Part shown: one piece after another, positions 24,951-32,097 of the stretch
Layout of the letters: every line of letters starts with the position of its first letter
Numbering within the stretch: position 1 is the first letter of the stretch
Assembly: GCA_964625015.1 (NCBI GenBank)
Contig: CAZUZI010000003.1
Location: forward strand, 854-46,565
Source of the DNA: an uncultured Candidatus Saccharibacteria bacterium
Lineage (GTDB): Bacteria; Patescibacteriota; Dojkabacteria; SC72
Length of the DNA: 45,712 nucleotides
Direction: 5' to 3'
Translations under genes and position numbers: made by a program
Notes under the pieces: generated by a model
Told to the model about the DNA's origin: nothing
What the model saw: the letters and a program-made list of their open reading frames with translations, nothing else
Databases searched by the model: none

Positions 24951-25649
24951 CTAATACCAAGTCAAACCTTGTGATGAAACTGTAGACTGTCTTGTAATTT
25001 GCCTTTTGATTGAAAGTCCAAAGCTTTCTGGCCAATCCAAAGGTTCGACAGTAGCATCTATTATGAACATGTTATCAGCATCATCACCAATAACTAGGTA
25101 TTCAACAGAGAAATCATCAACAGTAACGGACATATTCTGCAAAACAGATACATATGCATCTGCCCTATTAGGATCGAAGCAATCAGCGTGATTTTCAAGA
25201 CCATACATCGTTGTTTTTAAAAGATATCCTCTCTCTTGGTTAACAGTATTTCTAAAATATCCAATACATGTCCATACATTGTATCCATATGACCTTACAT
25301 GTATTTCATTCGCTGGAGTTCCAACTAGAATAGTGGGATTACTGTACACCTCTCCAACACCAGCTGGGATATCTTCTAAAGAGAGTGTCTGATCATTGAA
25401 ATATCTAACTGCACCAGATTGATACATAGTTATATCAGAGATATTACTTCCAGACAGAGACCTATTCATTAGCTCCATTATGAAGTTAATATCATTTCTT
25501 GCTTGATTCTTACTATTTGAAACAGAGGAAACCTTTATCAATGTAGTTAATGTAGTGGCAACAAGAACCATAATGATACCTAGGATGCCTAATGTTAAGA
25601 GCATTTCTACTAAACTAAATCCATTATATCTTCTCTTTTTCTTTATCAT
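24951..25649 (-). CDS. Minor (pseudo)pilin with a class III signal peptide
   Basis: MIKKKRRYNG/FSLVEMLLTLGILGIIMVL has Gly at -1, Phe at +1 and Glu at +5. There is an ATGA overlap with the upstream gene. Confidence 0.7.
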   Translation of the reverse strand: MIKKKRRYNGFSLVEMLLTLGILGIIMVLVATTLTTLIKVSSVSNSKNQARNDINFIMELMNRSLSGSNISDITMYQSGAVRYFNDQTLSLEDIPAGVGEVYSNPTILVGTPANEIHVRSYGYNVWTCIGYFRNTVNQERGYLLKTTMYGLENHADCFDPNRADAYVSVLQNMSVTVDDFSVEYLVIGDDADNMFIIDATVEPLDWPESFGLSIKRQITRQSTVSSQGLTWY

Positions 25650-26188
25650 AGGTTTATTATTGCAAAGTATTGATAATCTTTAATATCATTAGATGTACTA
25701 AGCAAACCAGAGACTCTGTTAAATCCAATTATCACCTTTATCAGTAACTTGTTAGTAGGAGGATCTCCAGGTCTTCTACTTACAATACACACTACTCGAA
25801 AATAGTCTCCTTCATCATCGCTTACACCATCATTTACAATAGCCTCTGATATGTATGCATTTCTATCAGAAAGTACTGTCGTAGGATCAATATTATATTC
25901 ACCACTTTCATCTCGGTTAAGAGAATAGCAGAGATTTTCACCAAGTGTATCAAATATATTGTTTCCATCTTCTTGTAACCTTTCCCTGTTTGCAATGTTT
26001 TGTACAATTACAGCTGCAGATCTAGCATATTGAGCCTGAGCATCTTCAACATCTAATTTAACTAAATCTCTCATTGCTGCAGTTGCAATATTTATTAAAA
26101 CAGTTGCAACAATACCAGAGACCATAATTGCAATAAGGGATTCTACAAATCCTAAACTTTTATATTTTTTTCTAAAAAGTTTCCTCAT
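25646..26188 (-). CDS. Minor (pseudo)pilin-like protein with an atypical prepilin motif register
   Basis: The N-terminus is MRKLFRKKYKSLGFVESLIAIMVSGIVATVL. It has a basic leader and a hydrophobic helix, but Glu is at +3 relative to the Gly. Confidence 0.55.
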   Translation of the reverse strand: MRKLFRKKYKSLGFVESLIAIMVSGIVATVLINIATAAMRDLVKLDVEDAQAQYARSAAVIVQNIANRERLQEDGNNIFDTLGENLCYSLNRDESGEYNIDPTTVLSDRNAYISEAIVNDGVSDDEGDYFRVVCIVSRRPGDPPTNKLLIKVIIGFNRVSGLLSTSNDIKDYQYFAIINL

Positions 26189-26193
26189 AGTTA

Positions 26194-27198
26194 CTAATAC
26201 AATTGACTACACTGAACTGTAATACATTCAAGACCTAGTTTTGGATCTGATACACAACAATTGGGATCGGTAACGATTGGATCTACTACCGGATCAACAA
26301 CAGGATCTACCACTGGATCAACAACAGGGTCTACTACCGGATCAACATTAGGATCAGTAACTGGTCCGCCAAGGAGATCTTTACCAGAATTTGCTTTATA
26401 TGCTGCGACAATATTTCTAAATATACCTAAAACTTCAGGATCATCCCAGACTGTATGTTTTACGCTACCAGATAAAGGAGAAACACTTATTGTATCTGCC
26501 ATATTACCTCTGTTTCTAAAAATGATAATTCCAAGAGTATTAAATAGGTTCGTTTCACTATCTCTGATTAACGCACCGCTAGCATCATAGTTAATAGGCC
26601 AGCCCTCATTTGTATAAAGGAAAGCCTTACCTGTTACAGCCTCGAAAACAACAAATGAAATATTTGAACTTAGTACTACATCAAAACCCATGTTAATCTT
26701 TCCATCTTCCATACCAGAAAGATTGGTCATATATTTAATTCTGGGTTCTGAATCACAGAAACCACCAGATTCATAATCTTCTTCACTTACAGGTAGAATT
26801 GCGTTATTACCGTGATTATACGTGAGGTCTGAATCTAAATTACCGATATTAATATCAGGATTATACGCAATTATTTCAGTCCTAGTACGAATATTCCCAT
26901 ATTCAGCAAAAGGAGAACACCATTTAAAAAATTTGTAATTACCATTTGAAATATCTCTAAAATCTATCCCTATTCCATATATCCAACCTTCTCCTGGTTT
27001 CCTTTGTAAAAGCATTGCTTTCTGTTGAGCAACACGTATATCCTGCTTAATACTCTCTATATTCTGCCTAACCAAAACAGTATCTCTCATACCACCGAAA
27101 GAGTAGGCTCCTAATGTACCTAGAACAATGATAATCATTAGGACAACTAATACCTCAGCTAGGGTATATCCTAGATATCGGGCAGAATTGTTTGGCAT
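26194..27198 (-). CDS. Large minor pilin with a C-terminal (VDPV)n repeat and a Cys-rich tail
   Basis: MPNNSARYLG/YTLAEVLVVLMIIIVLG has Glu at +5. The C-terminus reads DPNVDPVVDPVVDPVVDPVVDPVVDPIVTDPNCCVSDPKLGLECITVQC. Confidence 0.7.
   Translation of the reverse strand: MPNNSARYLGYTLAEVLVVLMIIIVLGTLGAYSFGGMRDTVLVRQNIESIKQDIRVAQQKAMLLQRKPGEGWIYGIGIDFRDISNGNYKFFKWCSPFAEYGNIRTRTEIIAYNPDINIGNLDSDLTYNHGNNAILPVSEEDYESGGFCDSEPRIKYMTNLSGMEDGKINMGFDVVLSSNISFVVFEAVTGKAFLYTNEGWPINYDASGALIRDSETNLFNTLGIIIFRNRGNMADTISVSPLSGSVKHTVWDDPEVLGIFRNIVAAYKANSGKDLLGGPVTDPNVDPVVDPVVDPVVDPVVDPVVDPIVTDPNCCVSDPKLGLECITVQCSQLY
26264..26362 (-). repeat. In-frame 12-nt tandem repeat (about 7 units plus degenerate flanks) encoding (VDPV)n
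   Basis: On the plus strand the units ggatctactacc and ggatcaacaaca alternate from 26279 to 26362. A degenerate unit lies at 26264-26278. Confidence 0.85.
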
Positions 27199-27245
27199 TC
27201 AACTTTAGAATTAAATAATATATTTAAAGATTAACAAAAAAACAG

Positions 27246-27815
27246 TTAATTGTTAATTGCAAATCCACGATCTAAATACCAATCAGAAACATCAAAGCCA
27301 CGGATAATATTTACATTCTCCGTATCACCGCTCTGTACAGAACCAGATTCCTTTACCTCAAGAGGGTTATCAACTGGTTCATGACCAATTCCATCACCAG
27401 TACAGTAATGCCCTTGACCACTTTCATCGTCTATACCACCAAGAGAGACACACACAATGACGAATTGGCCAGAGACAGGGTCTACGTGATAGTAATAGCT
27501 TGCATCTGTACCGCCATCAAATGCTGTATCTTCAATATATGGCTTCAATACAGCATTACTACCTTTGTATCCTAGTGCTTCTGCAAAGAATTGTTCATCT
27601 ATACATGTACTACAGCTACCAATACTAGGATAGACTCCATTCTCAAGCTTGTACTTAACAAGTGCTGTAAACAATTTATCAGCCATATCCTGATGGTATA
27701 CCCTGTCTGCACGAGCAATAGCATATCTTCCCACACCAATTCCAATGGCAATAAGTATAAGGAGTATTCCCATTACGATTAATACTTCTATCAATGTAAA
27801 TCCTTTATACTTCAT
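27246..27815 (-). CDS. Type IV pilin (paralog 2)
   Basis: The N-terminus is MKYKG/FTLIEVLIVMGILLILIAIGI. It shares blocks with the 28656 pilin, for example CVSLGG...GHYCTG. There is an ATGA overlap with the pilD stop. Confidence 0.8.
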   Translation of the reverse strand: MKYKGFTLIEVLIVMGILLILIAIGIGVGRYAIARADRVYHQDMADKLFTALVKYKLENGVYPSIGSCSTCIDEQFFAEALGYKGSNAVLKPYIEDTAFDGGTDASYYYHVDPVSGQFVIVCVSLGGIDDESGQGHYCTGDGIGHEPVDNPLEVKESGSVQSGDTENVNIIRGFDVSDWYLDRGFAINN

Positions 27816-28576
27816 ATATAAAATATCTTTTCCAAAATTAGTACTAACTGTTGGTTAAATATTAGCATTAATGAGATAGAAATATACATGAGTGGTACTA
27901 GAGGTAATGAGCTTTTTATTGTAGCCTTTTTCAAAAATATAAGTACAAAAGAGTAGAGGAGAGATATAAAAAGAAATGTGTATATAAATGATATGTACAT
28001 TGGTATTGAGAGAAGAAAACCCATTCCAAAAAGTATAAGTAAGTCGCCAATACCAAACGTCTTCTTCATTACTTTGCTCAATATAAGTACAAAGATTGTA
28101 AATACAATAGATACAACGAGTGAATTAGGATATGTAAAGCTGGTATATATAGAATATAAAGTGAAAATGAGAAAAGAGGATAACAAATATACATGAACTA
28201 TTACTTTTGGGACTCCTTTATATATCCTATCAAAATATGACATTACGAATAGAAATACTACTAATACATACATAGTAGAGGATAGTTCAAAATAATAAAT
28301 GCTACCAAGAGATACGCCAAGTAGAAACTCAGTAACTGGATAATAGAATGGTACTTTATATCCACATTTAGAACATTTTCCTTTGAATATAAAATAGGAG
28401 AGTACAGGTATCAGTTCATACCACAATAGTTCCTTTTTACACTTTTCACAATGAGATCCTTTTATAAAAATATCAGGATATTTATATTCATTATCTATTC
28501 TATACAACAAAGCATTGAGGAAACTGGCAAGAATTAACCCAACAATGAATATTACGATAGATATATATAAATGCAT
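27812..28576 (-). CDS. pilD: Prepilin peptidase (A24 family, PilD-like)
   Basis: It is polytopic, with an N-terminal Cys pair motif (CEKCKK...CSKCGY) in the first cytoplasmic loop. It has a GIGD motif (FGIGDLLILFG) consistent with the second catalytic Asp box. It lies between the two pilin genes. Confidence 0.8.
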   Translation of the reverse strand: MHLYISIVIFIVGLILASFLNALLYRIDNEYKYPDIFIKGSHCEKCKKELLWYELIPVLSYFIFKGKCSKCGYKVPFYYPVTEFLLGVSLGSIYYFELSSTMYVLVVFLFVMSYFDRIYKGVPKVIVHVYLLSSFLIFTLYSIYTSFTYPNSLVVSIVFTIFVLILSKVMKKTFGIGDLLILFGMGFLLSIPMYISFIYTFLFISLLYSFVLIFLKKATIKSSLPLVPLMYISISLMLIFNQQLVLILEKIFYI

Positions 28577-28597
28577 AATCCATTATATAGATATACT

Positions 28598-28636
28598 TAC
28601 AAAAGAAAAGCCCAGCTGCTTTTATACAGCTGGGCT
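28598..28636 (-). terminator. Rho-independent terminator downstream of the pilin gene at 28656-29231
   Basis: A perfect 10-bp stem pairs AGCCCAGCTG (28609-28618) with CAGCTGGGCT (28627-28636) around an 8-nt loop. On the minus strand TTTTCTTTTGT follows. Confidence 0.7.
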
Positions 28637-28655
28637 CATCAAATACAACTGTTAA

Positions 28656-29231
28656 TTAATCAAGAGCACTATCTACAAATGCTTCACCATCCCAGTCATT
28701 AATTACAGACCAACCACCAGTTACACCATTTGGATATCCATTAGGTGTTGCAGGAGGTTCAACATTCTTTCCAGTAATTGTTGCCCCTGGACCACCATCA
28801 GCACCAAATGCATTTCCTGTACAGTAGTGGCCTCTTTCTGTTGCATCAACAATACCACCCAATGATACACAGATTAAAACTTCTTGCAGCATATTAGGCT
28901 CTACGTAATAGAAGAATGTTGCTTCTGTACCACCTGTAAACTCTCCCTCAGATAGATATTTGTACAGTAGGCCATTCTCAGCGATTGCAGCAGCTAAAGG
29001 TACACCTCCTGCTACTCCCGTTAACTCTGTAGCACTAGGGAAATTCCTGTTATCTGTATAATATGCCTGTAATGCTGTATATATCTGATCTGCAGCATTC
29101 TGATGTGCTACATCATTAGCTCTATTGATTGCAAATCTACCTGCAGTAATACCTACAGCCATAAGGATGATCAAGATACCCATGACGATAAGCATCTCGA
29201 CAAGTGTAAATGCCGAATATTTTCTATCCAT
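28656..29231 (-). CDS. Type IV pilin (paralog 1; best major-pilin candidate)
   Basis: MDRKYSA/FTLVEMLIVMGILIILMAVGI has Ala rather than Gly at -1 and Glu at +5. It lies directly after pilC and has its own terminator. Confidence 0.8.
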   Translation of the reverse strand: MDRKYSAFTLVEMLIVMGILIILMAVGITAGRFAINRANDVAHQNAADQIYTALQAYYTDNRNFPSATELTGVAGGVPLAAAIAENGLLYKYLSEGEFTGGTEATFFYYVEPNMLQEVLICVSLGGIVDATERGHYCTGNAFGADGGPGATITGKNVEPPATPNGYPNGVTGGWSVINDWDGEAFVDSALD

Positions 29232-29268
29232 AATAAATAAAAATTATTAAATAATTTATATATAAAAA

Positions 29269-30510
29269 TTACACAAACAAATTACTGATGTCAATGATCA
29301 TTGTCATTACATCTGATAATTGGAACATAGGCATATATACTGCTAAGGCAATAAATCCAATCATTAAGCCCATTACAATTAAGAATACAGGCTCAAGAAC
29401 GGTAGACATATTAGATGTTGCAACATCTACTTCATCTTTGTAATACTCAGATACCTTATTCAAAACATTATCCAATTCACCCGTCTCTTCACCAACTGCA
29501 ATCATACTACTAACCAGAAGAGGGAAATATTCACTTCTAGCAATTGGTATAGCGAGAGATCCACCTTTCTCTACATCATTTTTTGACTGCATTATTACTT
29601 CCCTAAACATATCATTACTTAATGATTGAGCCGTTAATTCTAATGCCCTAATGATTGATAAACCACTAGCAAGAAGTAGAGCAAGTATTCTTGTAAATTG
29701 AGCTAATTGCATTTTAGATACTATTGTTCCAACAATAGGGACTTTAAGAATTATCTTATCTTTGTTCCTCTTTCCATTCGCAGTATCTAAATATGCCTTA
29801 CTACCAACAACTAATACAATCAAAATTAAAAGTATTGCCCACCAATATTTAAGTGTAAAATCACTCAATGAAATTAAGAACCTTGTTACCCAAGGTAGTT
29901 CTGCACCGAATTCAGAATATATCTCTGCCATAGAGGGAACAAGAACAAACATAAGCATTACAACAACAGCAACGATGACAACAAGAATAATAATAGGATA
30001 GATTAACGCCCCTTTAAGTTTGTCACCAAGCTTCTTACTCTCTTCTAACTCTACTGCAAGCCTTGTTAGTATTACATCAAGATTACCACTAGATTCACCA
30101 GCTTCTATTAGATTCAAACTAATATCATCAAAAACCTTACCTGCCTGTCTAAATGAATCTGAGAGTGTTATACCAGATTCAACAGATCCTTTTACCTGAG
30201 TTACTATCTTTCTGAATGCAGGATTCTCAATTTGTTGTTCCATAATCTCCAATGCCCTTGTTAATGGTAAACCAGCACTAACCATTGTTGCCATTTGCCT
30301 CATGAAAACGACTTTCTCTTTCATTGGTATTCCACCGATATTGATCTGTGCAAGTTCTTCAAAATCAATTGAAAACTCATCACTTATATTAACAACAAGC
30401 AGACCTCTATCATGAAGTATTTCTGCAACAGCATCCTTATCTCTGGCCTCTATTTTTCCTTTTATTTCCTTACCAGCAGTATCTCTTGCTGAATATCTAA
30501 ATTTTTTCAT
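29269..30510 (-). CDS. pilC: Type IV pilus platform protein PilC (GspF family)
   Basis: It shows a duplicated GspF-type architecture with three TM segments. Conserved stretches are MATMVSAGLPLTRALEI and LLASGLSIIRALE. It is 413 aa. Confidence 0.9.
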   Translation of the reverse strand: MKKFRYSARDTAGKEIKGKIEARDKDAVAEILHDRGLLVVNISDEFSIDFEELAQINIGGIPMKEKVVFMRQMATMVSAGLPLTRALEIMEQQIENPAFRKIVTQVKGSVESGITLSDSFRQAGKVFDDISLNLIEAGESSGNLDVILTRLAVELEESKKLGDKLKGALIYPIIILVVIVAVVVMLMFVLVPSMAEIYSEFGAELPWVTRFLISLSDFTLKYWWAILLILIVLVVGSKAYLDTANGKRNKDKIILKVPIVGTIVSKMQLAQFTRILALLLASGLSIIRALELTAQSLSNDMFREVIMQSKNDVEKGGSLAIPIARSEYFPLLVSSMIAVGEETGELDNVLNKVSEYYKDEVDVATSNMSTVLEPVFLIVMGLMIGFIALAVYMPMFQLSDVMTMIIDISNLFV

Positions 30511-30513
30511 TGA

Positions 30514-32076
30514 TTAGCTTTTTAATAATCTTAATATTTCTTCTGGATATACAGAGTACTCCTGAGCTCTCTGTATAGAGATTACTCCTTCACGAATAAG
30601 GTTAACAAGTGATCTCTCAAGTGAAACCATTCCAACATCAGCACTTGTTCTAATAACATTATCGATCTGATGTGTTTTACCCTCTCTTATTAAGTTTCTT
30701 ACTGCAGGATTTGCAATTAGTATTTCAGACACTGCCCTTCTTCCACCCTTATCAAGTGGTACAAGTCTTTGTGCAACAACTGCCTCAAGTATATTTGATA
30801 ACTGAGACCTTATCTGTGGTTGTTGATTCTCTGGGAATACATCAATTATCCTATCGATTGTTTGTGCAGTATTGTTTGTATGCAGAGTTGCAAAAACAAG
30901 ATGTCCTGTTTCAGCAAGAGTTATTGCTGCTGCAATAGTTTCATAATCTCTCATCTCTCCAACAAGTATGACATCAGGGTCTTGTCTAAGTGCAGACCTT
31001 AAAGCAATACTCCATGAGTGAGTATCATCATTCATTTCTCTTTGATCCACCAGGGATTTTTTACCCTGGAAGACATATTCAACAGGATCCTCAATTGTAA
31101 CAATGTGTGAATATCTAGTAGTGTTTACATCTTCAAGAATTGCAGCAAGAGTAGTACTCTTTCCATGTCCAGTAGGACCAGTAACAAGAATGAGACCTTG
31201 TTTTAGCTGTGCAAATTTATGATATATCTGTGGAAGGAGTAGTTCTTCAATAGTTTTTACTCTTGATGGAATCAACCTAAATGCTGCAGCAAGATTTTTC
31301 ATTGTAAAGTATGCATTTATTCTAAACCTTGCAGACTTATCACCCTGATACAAATATGCTAAATCAATCTCTCTATTAACTTCTAGTAGCTCTTTCTTCT
31401 CATCTGAGAGGATAGGGAGGATCAAATCTTGAGCATCTTGCGGTGTAATAATTTTGTCATTTAGATTTTGTAGTGTACCATCAATCCTAATAATTGGAGG
31501 ATATCCAACACTTATATGCAAATCTGATGCATTCTTCTCTACAGCTAATCGTAGATATTCATCAATATTACTATGACTCATTTCCCCTTGGACTAAAGTA
31601 GGGGATGCATCATCAATCTGGGTATCCATCATTACATCCTTACGAACAGATGGGATATCTTTATTTATTGGTTTACCCAAGTTCTCCTCTTTTGGAGTCC
31701 TCTGCATCGCTCTAGGGATCCTATTTCCTGGCATAATATCATCAAGATTAGAACGTACTACCCCGACTTGATTCTCTGTTGCGATATTGGTTGGAACTGG
31801 TACCGGTTGTGTAGGTAATACGAATTGCGGATCATAATTCTGTTGTACTGGTTCTATTACAGAAGGAGTCGATTGTGTCTGAACAGGTTCTGAAGTAGGG
31901 GCAACAGTACTTGTATTTGTCCCAAGCTGTTTTAGTTGTGCAGCCAAATCACTAAGCATTTGCTCTTCATTTGTAGGAAATGTTGTAGTTTGTGTATTTG
32001 ATTGTGGAGTTACACTATTATTTTGGGCAAAATCAGGATATCCTAATCCTGAATTCTGGGCAGTATTGTTATCCAT
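30514..32076 (-). CDS. pilT: PilT-type retraction ATPase with an N-terminal extension of about 169 aa
   Basis: The core begins at IDEYLRLAVEKNASDLHISVGYPPIIRIDG. Walker A is GPTGHGKSTTL. Also present are PDVILVGEMRD, GHLVFATLHTN and the AIRNLIREGK-like motif PAVRNLIREGK. Confidence 0.9.
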   Translation of the reverse strand: MDNNTAQNSGLGYPDFAQNNSVTPQSNTQTTTFPTNEEQMLSDLAAQLKQLGTNTSTVAPTSEPVQTQSTPSVIEPVQQNYDPQFVLPTQPVPVPTNIATENQVGVVRSNLDDIMPGNRIPRAMQRTPKEENLGKPINKDIPSVRKDVMMDTQIDDASPTLVQGEMSHSNIDEYLRLAVEKNASDLHISVGYPPIIRIDGTLQNLNDKIITPQDAQDLILPILSDEKKELLEVNREIDLAYLYQGDKSARFRINAYFTMKNLAAAFRLIPSRVKTIEELLLPQIYHKFAQLKQGLILVTGPTGHGKSTTLAAILEDVNTTRYSHIVTIEDPVEYVFQGKKSLVDQREMNDDTHSWSIALRSALRQDPDVILVGEMRDYETIAAAITLAETGHLVFATLHTNNTAQTIDRIIDVFPENQQPQIRSQLSNILEAVVAQRLVPLDKGGRRAVSEILIANPAVRNLIREGKTHQIDNVIRTSADVGMVSLERSLVNLIREGVISIQRAQEYSVYPEEILRLLKS

Positions 32077-32097
32077 TCTCCATTATATATACAAAAA

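Noticed and set aside
26261-26590. A plus-strand ORF encodes MGSVTIGSTTGSTTGSTTGSTT..., and the 12-nt repeat might be taken for a CRISPR-like array.
   Set aside because: The ORF is the antisense image of the (VDPV)n repeat in the minor-pilin gene. The repeat units are only 12 nt, are contiguous with no spacers, and are in frame within a CDS. This is not a CRISPR array.
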